A stretch of 64,000 bases of DNA from assembly GCA_963662945.1 (NCBI GenBank), contig OY759974.1, forward strand, positions 640,001 to 704,000. The letters run 5' to 3'. The position numbers and the translations under genes were made by a program. The notes under the pieces are model-generated. The model saw nothing but the letters and a program-made list of their open reading frames with translations, was not told where the DNA came from and ran no database searches. This DNA is from Arcobacteraceae bacterium (GTDB lineage Bacteria; Campylobacterota; Campylobacteria; Campylobacterales; Arcobacteraceae). Positions 1-8,506 of this stretch are shown here, piece by piece (positions within the stretch are counted from its first letter, which is position 1; every line of letters starts with the position of its first letter).

Positions 1-201
1 AAATACTCCAAACAACAATCCAAAACTATGCAAGATAGAAAAATTGACCTCTTTACCTATAAAACTTAAAAAAGTTCCTATCATCGTATAAAAAGCAAAA
101 AAAAGTGTAGAGGCAAAAAAAAGTTGATGGGGTTGATCGCTAAATCGTTCAAACCAACTTTTTTTCACTAAAGGTTGAGAACTAAACTGTGAAAATTGCA
201 T
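1..201 (-). CDS. NnrS-family membrane protein, N-terminal part (runs off the left edge)
   Basis: Not in ORF track. Manual translation from ATG at 201 with GGAG RBS at 208-211: MQFSQFSSQPLVKKSWFERFSDQPHQLFFASTLFFAFYTMIG...; QPHQLFF followed by hydrophobic helices resembles NnrS N-termini. Confidence 0.6.
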   Translation of the reverse strand, partial: MQFSQFSSQPLVKKSWFERFSDQPHQLFFASTLFFAFYTMIGTFLSFIGKEVNFSILHSFGLLFGVF

Positions 202-260
202 AATAAGCTCCATTTATTTTTAACTAGGAGTAATTCTATCTTATTTGAAAATATTTTAAA

Positions 261-274
261 TTGACTTGGGTCAA
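261..274 (-). promoter_or_regulatory. Crp/Fnr-family operator (TTGACttggGTCAA) upstream of the NnrS-like gene
   Basis: Perfect TTGAC-N4-GTCAA palindrome; minus-strand TAGAAT at 238-233 lies 22 nt away. Confidence 0.8.
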
Positions 275-299
275 TCTAAAAAAATTTCTTGCAAGCACC

Positions 300-1484
300 T
301 TAAAATAGTAAAAATGGCTCTTGTAAATAAAACCCTTGAAGATAATCGATTCTTAACTCTTGGCATATTTTACAAATTGGTTCATTATGAACATATTCCG
401 CTACACAGGAAGCTTGAAGCTCTTTTGCCATAGAGATGATGTTTTTTACAAGTATCTTTGAATCACTACTTGTATCAAGATTTTTGATAAGAGTTCCGTC
501 TATTTTGATGATTTCAGGCTTGAGTTTGAGGATATTTTCCATACTTGAAAACCCGCTTCCAAAATCATCTATTGCTATTTTTGCTCCATACTTTCTCATC
601 CAAGCTGCAAAGTTTTCTACAATAGAAAAGTCATCAATAAACTCACTTTCAACTATCTCAAAAATCACTCTATTTGGTTTTGGAAAGTTTTCCATCAACT
701 CGTCTAAAAGTTTTATAACTTTTGGATTTGAAAGGTCTTCATAATCAAGATTGATACTAAATTCATAAGCGTTGTTTCTCATCAAATCAAATACTTTTTT
801 GATCATAATAACGGTAAGTTTTTCGTATATTTTGATATCTTTTGCGGTTTTTAAATAAGGAAAAATTGAAAAATACTGATTGGTCTGTTTTTTATAGAGT
901 CTCATAAGCGACTCATATTTTGAGATTTGAAGAGTTTTTGTATCAAATATAGGCTGAAAAAACGGTACTACATTATCATTTGCGACACAATCTCGAATAA
1001 AGACGATATCTTCAAGAAGTTTTGCTTGTTCGTTTTTTGAATAAGTAACGGTCAAGATATCAAGATTGATATCAATTATCTTATCAACTGAACTTAAAAA
1101 CTCTAGCTTATTTTCTCGTATCAAAACATCTTTTAAAAATCTTCTTACATAGCTAAAAGCAGCATTGACATAGTGATGGGGAAGCCCTATTTTTACATGC
1201 ACTTCACTGATGGTATTGAGTTTTTCAAAATATTTGTCGTCATATTTTCCGCTAAAAAGATTTAAGTACCACTTCCCTATTTCACTTTTGTGTTTATCAT
1301 GTACGGCATCGCTATTGATAAATTTTTTGGCATATTCAAAGTTGAAAATAAAACGATAAAATCCATCTAAAAACTCTTTTGAGTAGTTTGAAAAAAGTTC
1401 TGAAACTTTTTCAAGATTGAAAATATCTTCATTTGTAAAATCGTAATTTTGTACTATTTTCTTATAGTGGGTGTTGTTTGTCAT
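300..1484 (-). CDS. Globin-coupled sensor: protoglobin domain fused to an EAL phosphodiesterase
   Basis: N-terminal FYRF...HVKIGLPHHYV globin pattern; C-terminal FQPI..YESLMRL, FEIVE, DDFGSGFSS, IKIDG, AEYV, LQGF. Confidence 0.85.
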   Translation of the reverse strand: MTNNTHYKKIVQNYDFTNEDIFNLEKVSELFSNYSKEFLDGFYRFIFNFEYAKKFINSDAVHDKHKSEIGKWYLNLFSGKYDDKYFEKLNTISEVHVKIGLPHHYVNAAFSYVRRFLKDVLIRENKLEFLSSVDKIIDINLDILTVTYSKNEQAKLLEDIVFIRDCVANDNVVPFFQPIFDTKTLQISKYESLMRLYKKQTNQYFSIFPYLKTAKDIKIYEKLTVIMIKKVFDLMRNNAYEFSINLDYEDLSNPKVIKLLDELMENFPKPNRVIFEIVESEFIDDFSIVENFAAWMRKYGAKIAIDDFGSGFSSMENILKLKPEIIKIDGTLIKNLDTSSDSKILVKNIISMAKELQASCVAEYVHNEPICKICQELRIDYLQGFYLQEPFLLF

Positions 1485-1968
1485 TTTTTATCCCTAAAGT
1501 TATTTTTTCCATACTAAAAGCTACAACATACAAAATCAAAGCACCGCTTAACACAGGGGATAAAAGATAAAAAAATCCTAATTGATGAATCTGTTCGCTT
1601 CCAACTACTGCAATCAACGCCGTTGCACCTCCTGGTGGATGCAATGTGTCGGTACTTTGCATAAGTAAGATTGCAAAAGAAACCGCAAAAGCACTGCAAA
1701 GTACAATGTCAAAAGATAGAAGCTTAAAAGAAATCACCCCTGCAAAGCCACTTAAGAGATGCCCAAAAATCAAATTTTTTCCTTTTGAAAGAGGGGAATG
1801 AGTTGCAGCATAAAGCAACACGGCACTTGCCCCAAAGGAGCCTATCATCAGAACCAAATCTTTGTCGTTTAAAAAGTTTTGATGAAAATAAGCGACTGTT
1901 ACAATGCCTAAAAAAGAGCTAATAAATGAAAAAATCAAAACTACACTCCGTAAATAAAAATCCACCAT
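1462..1968 (-). CDS. HPP family membrane protein
   Basis: GSFGASAVLLY, SPLS, GHLLSG and LHPPGGATAL motifs. Confidence 0.9.
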   Translation of the reverse strand: MVDFYLRSVVLIFSFISSFLGIVTVAYFHQNFLNDKDLVLMIGSFGASAVLLYAATHSPLSKGKNLIFGHLLSGFAGVISFKLLSFDIVLCSAFAVSFAILLMQSTDTLHPPGGATALIAVVGSEQIHQLGFFYLLSPVLSGALILYVVAFSMEKITLGIKNDKQHPL

Positions 1969-2013
1969 AAATTAATACTGAAAAAATATGCAATAGTTTT
2001 ATAGTAATAAATA

Positions 2014-2220
2014 TCATTTTTTACCTATACTTATAATTATCGGATTTTTATAAGACTCAAACCAATCTTTTAATATTAATACAATTGATATAAATGCCAA
2101 AACATCAATAATAATATTTGACTCTAATTGGAGAGAAAAATAATGAATTACAAAATAGACAACAATAGGATATTTGATAAAATAAAAAAAGATTATCAAA
2201 CTCCCGTATAATTTTTTCAA
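2014..2220 (-). CDS. Small hypothetical membrane protein
   Basis: 68 aa, two hydrophobic segments, starts 2 nt after the upstream stop. Confidence 0.55.
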   Translation of the reverse strand: MKKLYGSLIIFFYFIKYPIVVYFVIHYFSLQLESNIIIDVLAFISIVLILKDWFESYKNPIIISIGKK

Positions 2221-2222
2221 TT

Positions 2223-2528
2223 TTAAAATCCTCCAAGTTTAGCTTTTACTTCATCTGTAGCCATAGTGATATTCCAAGCAGGTTCCCACACTAAGTTCAC
2301 ACTTGCTTTTTCTACTTTTGGTAACTCCCTCAAAACCGCTTCTTCCACCCACTGGATAATCATCTGATGCAATGGACATGCTTTGGTACTTAATGTCATA
2401 GTGACTACCACTTCCATATTTTCACCACAAACTGCATCATAAATAAGCCCCATCTCTACTAGATTGAATCCCACTTCTGGGTCATTGACTGTTGAGACGG
2501 CTTTGAAAATCTCTTCTTTGCTATACAT
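2223..2528 (-). CDS. DUF59/SufT-like metal-sulfur cluster assembly factor
   Basis: VNDPEVGFNLVEMGLIY, TLSTKACP, LVWEPAW motifs. Confidence 0.9.
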   Translation of the reverse strand: MYSKEEIFKAVSTVNDPEVGFNLVEMGLIYDAVCGENMEVVVTMTLSTKACPLHQMIIQWVEEAVLRELPKVEKASVNLVWEPAWNITMATDEVKAKLGGF

Positions 2529-2531
2529 AAT

Positions 2532-3764
2532 TTATCCCTTAAAATTTATCATAAAAACTATATCTTTGACTAAAAAAATAGTCCCAATAACCAAAAAACT
2601 CACTCCACTGAAAAATAGAGTTTGCATTTGTAATAAAAGGGCTACCCCAACTATACTAAAACCAACTGTACTAAATAAAAACTGCATATTTGCACTTCTT
2701 ACAGGTACCATATCGGCTAACATCGGTACTTTTCTCTTCCCAACATAAGGGGAAAATCTCTCATACCACACTAAAAAAGGGATGATTTTATACAAATGTC
2801 CACTTATCATAAAACTAATAAATCCAAATCCAAACCATCCAAGTGTCAAAAGTAAACTTTGTGAACTATTGTATAAATGCATTCCAGCTAACACAATAGT
2901 TATAACAAAAAATACAAAAGATGCCACAATACTTTTAAAATAGATATCTTTTTCACTTCGCACTTTTGTTTTATGTATGATAGCTATTTGCAATCCATAC
3001 AAAAGTATTGCTAAAAGTGTAGCGATATATCCTAGCTGTTGTATCTCTTGAACATTTATCAATGCTCCAACTCCTACACACACTACACCACAAGATAAGA
3101 TACCTAAAGAGAGTTTTACCCATTTCCACGAGAAAGAGTGACTGAGCCAAAACATAGGTAAAAGCACTAAACTCATCCCCATGATACTGATCCCAACATA
3201 CCCAACAAATACAAAATAGATATGGGTGGTTAAAAATCTATTCAAATCAACCACTACCATTCCACTATACCCAAGTGCTAAGATAATACCTACAACCAAT
3301 CCTAAGAGTAAAAAAAAATTTGCAATGATGACCGATAGTGTGACAAAACTCAGTTGTTTGAGTTTGAGTAAAGTTAAAAAAGTCTCTACTAAAAATATCC
3401 CAAAAGAGATAAATGCTACCACTCCACCAAATGGAAGAACTATAGGATACTTTACAAATCCCACTACCATCAAAATAGTCCCTAGCAAAAGAAGAGGATA
3501 AATCGCATAATAAAGCTCCACTGCAAAATGCTCCACTTCAAAAACCACAGGAACTAGTTGAGCCATCGCACCAAATATCACCATCATCACAAACCCTAAC
3601 AAAAATAGATGTACCCATGAAAGCACTTTGCTATCAAGAGTGGTAAGTGTTTGGATATCAAACCAAAAAAGAGTTATGATAGAGACTACAAAAACAAAAA
3701 CCCCTATAATAAAAAAAGGGGCTATAAGTTTAAAAGGTGGGGCGAAATTGGTAGAGATTTTCAT
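2532..3764 (-). CDS. Polytopic membrane protein with repeated His-bearing helices (NnrS-like/heme-copper-oxidase-associated family)
   Basis: Many transmembrane segments; WVHLFLLGF, THIYFVFVGY, GHLYKIIPFLVWY. Confidence 0.65.
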   Translation of the reverse strand: MKISTNFAPPFKLIAPFFIIGVFVFVVSIITLFWFDIQTLTTLDSKVLSWVHLFLLGFVMMVIFGAMAQLVPVVFEVEHFAVELYYAIYPLLLLGTILMVVGFVKYPIVLPFGGVVAFISFGIFLVETFLTLLKLKQLSFVTLSVIIANFFLLLGLVVGIILALGYSGMVVVDLNRFLTTHIYFVFVGYVGISIMGMSLVLLPMFWLSHSFSWKWVKLSLGILSCGVVCVGVGALINVQEIQQLGYIATLLAILLYGLQIAIIHKTKVRSEKDIYFKSIVASFVFFVITIVLAGMHLYNSSQSLLLTLGWFGFGFISFMISGHLYKIIPFLVWYERFSPYVGKRKVPMLADMVPVRSANMQFLFSTVGFSIVGVALLLQMQTLFFSGVSFLVIGTIFLVKDIVFMINFKG

Positions 3765-3773
3765 CTTTAAGCC

Positions 3774-4115
3774 TTAGTGAGTACACTTTCCACCACTGCA
3801 ACTATTTTGAGAAAAATCTGTTATATTTTTACCATCTTGTTTTTTGGTAAAAGTGATTTTTGCTTTTCCATCTTCTGTAGTTTCTTCTACAAAATCAAAA
3901 TCAGCTTCAATCTTTGGGAATAATCCCCCTGGAGATTTGTGATTGATCATCACAAGGCAAGAGTTCTCATCTAGTAGTTGAAGTCCTGCCATTGCGTTTA
4001 CCATAGGATGTGGTGGTTCACACGAACTTGTATCAAAAAAGTAGATTGTCAAACCATCTTGCACCTCTTTAAAAAAATCTACTGTTGCCCCTAATGCTTC
4101 TATTTTTTCCATCAT
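3774..4115 (-). CDS. DUF2249/TusA-like small protein
   Basis: DTSSCEPPHPMV and NHKSPGGLFP motifs; C-terminal SCSGGKCTH; AAGGA RBS. Confidence 0.55.
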   Translation of the reverse strand: MMEKIEALGATVDFFKEVQDGLTIYFFDTSSCEPPHPMVNAMAGLQLLDENSCLVMINHKSPGGLFPKIEADFDFVEETTEDGKAKITFTKKQDGKNITDFSQNSCSGGKCTH

Positions 4116-4170
4116 TGTATCCTTTTACAATTTAATAGAAGAAGTATAACGATTTTGAGAGGTATTATCA

Positions 4171-4184
4171 TTGACTTATATCAA
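4171..4184. promoter_or_regulatory. Crp/Fnr-family operator (TTGACttatATCAA) between divergent promoters
   Basis: Minus-strand TATACT at 4148-4143 and plus-strand TACAAT at 4207-4212, each 22 nt from the box. Confidence 0.8.
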
Positions 4185-4241
4185 CAAATATTTTATAAAA
4201 TTTGCTTACAATCTCGTTAAAAAAAATCACAAAGGTATTTG

Positions 4242-4904
4242 ATGAATCCATATATTTATTCATTGCAAATAGGAAAAGTGCAAAAGCTTGATGGTTGGGA
4301 AACAGGGTCTTTTAAAGATGAAGTTGAAGAGATAGAAGTTTTTAATAATGGAATCAAAAATGATGAAGTATCCGATACAAAAAATCATGGTGGAACTCAA
4401 AAAGCAGTGTTTGCTAATAGTTTACATAACTATCCACAGTGGCAAGAATTTCTAGGTCTTTTTTCACTTCCAAAAGGCTCATTAGGTGAAAATTTGACTA
4501 TTTCAGGACTTAATGAAACCAACGTATATTTAGGAGATATTCATAAAATTGGTGAAGTGATTCTTCAAGTAGTACAACCTAGAAAACCTTGCTGGAAAAT
4601 ATCAAAAAAACACAAAAATAACAATTTTACAAAATTTATTTATGATACTGGCCGTACGGGATGGTATTATAGTGTTTTAGAAGCTGGACAAATATCCAAA
4701 GGAGATAAAATACAAGTTTCTCATAACAATGGGGAAAAAATCTCTATCATGGAAGCTAATCAGGCTTTTAAAAATTTTAAAACAAGTCAAACAACTCTTA
4801 AAAGAATACTAGAGATTCCAAATATTAGTGAAGATTATAAAAAAAGTATCCAAAAACGACTTGAAGATAGGTATGATTTAGGGTTTATGCAGTTGCCTCA
4901 ATAA
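4242..4904 (+). CDS. MOSC domain protein (YiiM-like) with C-terminal 3-alpha region
   Basis: HGGTQKAV, LGENLT, QPRKPCWK, GRTGWYYSV motifs; ATG at 4242 after AAGG. Confidence 0.9.
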   Translation: MNPYIYSLQIGKVQKLDGWETGSFKDEVEEIEVFNNGIKNDEVSDTKNHGGTQKAVFANSLHNYPQWQEFLGLFSLPKGSLGENLTISGLNETNVYLGDIHKIGEVILQVVQPRKPCWKISKKHKNNNFTKFIYDTGRTGWYYSVLEAGQISKGDKIQVSHNNGEKISIMEANQAFKNFKTSQTTLKRILEIPNISEDYKKSIQKRLEDRYDLGFMQLPQ

Positions 4905-6300
4905 CTATCTCAAAAGAGGCTCCATTAGAAATATTTTTGGCATTTAGTTGTGCAGAAAAATTTTTCTCTAAAATTGTTTTTGCCATATAAAGTCCAATAC
5001 CAGAGCCTCCTGTATCGTGTTTGGTAGAAAAGTAGGGATTAAATATTTTATTGATAATTTTTGGATCAATTCCTCCTGCATTATCTAATACTTTTACAAC
5101 AATGTTATTTTTTTGTTGTAAGAGTTCTATTATAATTTGTCCACTGTTTTTTTCTTGTTTTTTATTTTGAATGTTGTTTGCTATTTGTTCGATAGCATTG
5201 TTTACAAGTGTTAAAATTACTTGTTTAAACTGCCCTTCAAACCCTAAAAGAGTGATTTTCTCTTTTTGATTGTCAAAACGAATATTTATAGTATGTCGAT
5301 ATAAAGAGGTTTTTTCTATTTTTATCACCTCTTGGATTGCTTGAGTTACATCAAAAATTTTTTTATCTGTATCAAGTTTGTAGAAATTTTTAAAATCTTC
5401 AATGGTTTGGTGCATATGTTTGATAAGCTTAAAACATTCACTAAGGTCATCAGTTATTTGCTCTTTTGATATTCTATCTTCGCTAACATCTGTTTGTATA
5501 GTATCAAGTTGAAGGGAGAGAATCGTAAGAGGTTGTTTCCATTGATGAGAGATATCACTTAGCATCTCACCCATCTCAGCCATTTTTGATTGCTGGATAA
5601 GTGTCTGTTCTTGTTCTCTTATTGTATCTATCTGTTTTTTTACTTTTTTATCTAAGCTTTTATTAAGAAGTTTGAGTTCATTGTGTTTTTTATATACCTC
5701 AATTAACGCAGGACGAAAAATAAAAAAACCTTCAAGGATTATAGTTGAAATAGAGATAAGCAATATAATTGTTTCATAAAGTAAAAGAGAATTCATCCTT
5801 TTGTTTACCATATTTTCATAATAATAAGTGCTCTGCTCATACAAAGAAAACAAATGTTGGCAGATGGTTTGTATATCTTCTTTTTGTTGAAACTTATCTT
5901 TATAAAGGCGTAATGACTCTACAATACCATCTTTTTTCAAAAAAATATTTTTTAAAAAAGTATCTTGATAGCTTATAGAAGTTTTATCTTGTAATTTTTC
6001 CAAAAGATATTGATTGTTTTTTTCTAAAGCTTCAAAAGTTATTTGAACCTTACTATCTAAATCTATACTATTTTGATAGTAATAGGTAAGAACTCGTTGA
6101 GTAAGCATCCTTTGTTTTCCAGATTTATTGATAAGCTCTGCTCCATCTTTTTGAGTAGAGATAATATCAGTAATCACAACATAGGCACTTATAACCATTG
6201 CCATGAGTATGACTATTGCTAAAAAATGATTTCTTAAAAGATTTTTTTCTAAAGTGTCACCTCTTGAAAATATTTTATAAATTAAAAAGTTAGTTTTCAT
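4885..6300 (-). CDS. Sensor histidine kinase with NarX/NarQ-type P-box periplasmic domain
   Basis: TM helix then AELINKSGKQRMLTQR; H-box ISHQWKQPL; DNAGGI and GSGIGL ATP-binding boxes. Confidence 0.85.
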   Translation of the reverse strand: MKTNFLIYKIFSRGDTLEKNLLRNHFLAIVILMAMVISAYVVITDIISTQKDGAELINKSGKQRMLTQRVLTYYYQNSIDLDSKVQITFEALEKNNQYLLEKLQDKTSISYQDTFLKNIFLKKDGIVESLRLYKDKFQQKEDIQTICQHLFSLYEQSTYYYENMVNKRMNSLLLYETIILLISISTIILEGFFIFRPALIEVYKKHNELKLLNKSLDKKVKKQIDTIREQEQTLIQQSKMAEMGEMLSDISHQWKQPLTILSLQLDTIQTDVSEDRISKEQITDDLSECFKLIKHMHQTIEDFKNFYKLDTDKKIFDVTQAIQEVIKIEKTSLYRHTINIRFDNQKEKITLLGFEGQFKQVILTLVNNAIEQIANNIQNKKQEKNSGQIIIELLQQKNNIVVKVLDNAGGIDPKIINKIFNPYFSTKHDTGGSGIGLYMAKTILEKNFSAQLNAKNISNGASFEIVIEATA

Positions 6301-7309
6301 GATATTTCCTAAAAATTTCTAAAATTTCATCAAATGATTCTGTAAAAATTTCTACTAAATTTGGGTCAAATTTCATCCCTTTTTGTTCTTGTATAAAACT
6401 AACCGTTTTTTCTATACTCCAAGCTTTTTTATAACATCTATTATAAGTTAGAGCATCAAATACATCACACAAAGATACAATTCGCCCCTCTAATGGAATT
6501 TCTTTTCCTCGTAATCCGCAAGGATAGCCACTTCCATCCCAATTTTCATGATGGGTATAAGCGATATTTGCTGCCATTTGTAAAAGTTCTGTTTGTGAAT
6601 TTTTGAGTATCTCATATCCTTTGGTTGTATGGGTTTTGATATGTTCAAACTCTTCATCGCTGAGTTTTTCAGGTTTATTAAGAATATTGTCATCAATAGC
6701 TATTTTCCCTAGATCATGAAGTACAGAGGAGGTTTTAAGCATAGAGAGTTTATGTGAATTAAATGATAGCTTTTTTGCTAACACTTCACTGTAAAGGGCT
6801 ACTCTTTTTACATGCAAACTTGTCTCTTTAGAACGATTTTCCACTACATTTCCAAGCATACATATTATACTCTCTTGCATTTGTCTTATCTCTTCATTTT
6901 GTTTGAGTTTTTTAGCATCTCTAGCGTTAGTAATATTGTTTGAATAATGCTCTAAAGTTTCTAAAAGCATATCTATTCGATAAGGTTTTGGGATAAATTT
7001 ATCAATATTTTCATTGATAGCTTCCATAAGGTAATTAATATCATTAGAAGCAGAAAGTAAAATGGTAACTATATCTTTTTTTAAAAGTTTTGCACTTTTA
7101 CAAAGCTCAATCCCGTTAAGATGTGGCATTCGAATATCACTAATGATAATATCTATTTTTTCATAATTATTATTGATATATTCAAAAGCCTCTTGTGAAT
7201 CATTGAATGTAATAAACTCTTTACAATGCCTTTGAAGATTGCGTTTGAGATTATAAGTTATAGCTTCTTCATCATCAACAGCTATGATAAAAAGTTGATT
7301 TAGATTCAT
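6290..7309 (-). CDS. Response regulator: REC plus HD-GYP phosphodiesterase
   Basis: VDDE, SDIRMP, KP receiver motifs; LHDLGK and HHENWDGSGYP; ATG at 7309 is better spaced from AGGAG than GTG at 7315. Confidence 0.9.
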   Translation of the reverse strand: MNLNQLFIIAVDDEEAITYNLKRNLQRHCKEFITFNDSQEAFEYINNNYEKIDIIISDIRMPHLNGIELCKSAKLLKKDIVTILLSASNDINYLMEAINENIDKFIPKPYRIDMLLETLEHYSNNITNARDAKKLKQNEEIRQMQESIICMLGNVVENRSKETSLHVKRVALYSEVLAKKLSFNSHKLSMLKTSSVLHDLGKIAIDDNILNKPEKLSDEEFEHIKTHTTKGYEILKNSQTELLQMAANIAYTHHENWDGSGYPCGLRGKEIPLEGRIVSLCDVFDALTYNRCYKKAWSIEKTVSFIQEQKGMKFDPNLVEIFTESFDEILEIFRKYHEN

Positions 7310-7364
7310 TTTCACTCCTGTTTATACGTTTTAAGCAATAAAGCACATTGAATAAAATATAAAA

Positions 7365-8345
7365 TCATCCACCTGTAAAATAAAAAGCTCTACTTGAAAC
7401 TTCAGAAGTTGTATCCACATTATTATTTGTATTATGTGACCATTTGTTTTTTTCTGGTTTGTTTTTTACTACTGTTTTTAAAACCTCTTCTAGTTTTTTA
7501 TCTGATTTTATAGCACTTTTGATATTGAGTGAATCTTCATAGTACAAGCACGGTATTAAATCTCCCTCTGCACTTAGTCGTATACGATTACAAGTTTTGC
7601 AAAAACTATCATCATAAGGTTCTATAATACCAAAAACAAAACCACTCTCATCTTTATAAAGTTTTGCTGCTGAGTTTTCTTTTGTTTGAACTTCACTTAT
7701 AGAGTGTTTTTTTGCTATTTGTGCCAAAATATCTCTGCTTGGTAGAGTTTTTAAAACACCATTTGCATTTTCATTTTCCATATATTCTATAAATCGTATC
7801 TGAACACCTTTTTGTTTTGCATATTCGTACAGTGACACTATCTCGTGATCATTGATATCTTTCATCATAACCGTATTAAGTTTTACAATCATCCCCTCAT
7901 CCAGTGCTGTTTCTATTCCCTCTTGTACATTTTGTAGTGCATCTTTTTTTGTAAGATACCAAAAAGTTTCTTTCTCCAGTGAATCTAATGATATATTCAC
8001 TCTTTTTAACCCTGCATCTTTTAGCTTTTTTGCCTGTGATTTGAGTAAAAAACCATTTGTAGTCAATGCTAAATCAATATCATTTTTATAATTATAAATC
8101 ATCTTAATGAACTTGTCTAAATCATCCCTTACTAGTGGTTCTCCACCTGTAATTCGTATTTTTTTTATTCCATTATCAATAGATATTTTTATAAACTTAA
8201 ACATCTCTTCATATGAAAGCAACTGTTCCCTTGGTGTCCATTCAAAAGGTTTTTCAGGCATACAATACTGACATCGAAAATTACATCTTTGTGTAACAGA
8301 AACTCTTAAGTAATCAACTTTTCTATCATAATTATCAACTAACAT
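7365..8345 (-). CDS. moaA: GTP 3',8-cyclase (molybdenum cofactor biosynthesis)
   Basis: YLRVSVTQRCNFRCQYCMP, FCKTCNRIRL..C, terminal GG; start corrected to ATG 8345 with AAGGA RBS. Confidence 0.95.
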   Translation of the reverse strand: MLVDNYDRKVDYLRVSVTQRCNFRCQYCMPEKPFEWTPREQLLSYEEMFKFIKISIDNGIKKIRITGGEPLVRDDLDKFIKMIYNYKNDIDLALTTNGFLLKSQAKKLKDAGLKRVNISLDSLEKETFWYLTKKDALQNVQEGIETALDEGMIVKLNTVMMKDINDHEIVSLYEYAKQKGVQIRFIEYMENENANGVLKTLPSRDILAQIAKKHSISEVQTKENSAAKLYKDESGFVFGIIEPYDDSFCKTCNRIRLSAEGDLIPCLYYEDSLNIKSAIKSDKKLEEVLKTVVKNKPEKNKWSHNTNNNVDTTSEVSSRAFYFTGG

Positions 8346-8393
8346 TTTTAATTCCTTATCTGAGTATTCTATGATATTTAACTCTGTATTACA

Positions 8394-8407
8394 TTGACTT
8401 AGGTCAA
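8394..8407 (-). promoter_or_regulatory. Crp/Fnr-family operator (TTGACttagGTCAA) for moaA
   Basis: Perfect palindrome; minus-strand TAGAAT at 8371-8366 is 22 nt away. Confidence 0.8.
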
Positions 8408-8438
8408 AAATTATTAGTTTCACAATTTGTATAACTAT

Positions 8439-8452
8439 TTGATGTAAGTCAT
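8439..8452 (+). promoter_or_regulatory. Crp/Fnr-family operator (TTGATgtaaGTCAT) for nrdD
   Basis: Near-palindrome; TACAAT at 8475-8480 is 22 nt downstream. Confidence 0.7.
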
Positions 8453-8506
8453 ATGTTTAATCTCTATTTCGATGTACAATTTTACAAATTACCATAAAGG
8501 GATAAT

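Noticed and set aside
4885-4904. 20-nt convergent overlap of the MOSC and kinase genes
   Set aside because: Short tail-to-tail overlaps are common in compact genomes
8346-8423. 26-aa N-terminal extension of MoaA in the ORF track
   Set aside because: It spans the -10 and operator; ATG 8345 has a proper RBS and gives a typical MoaA start
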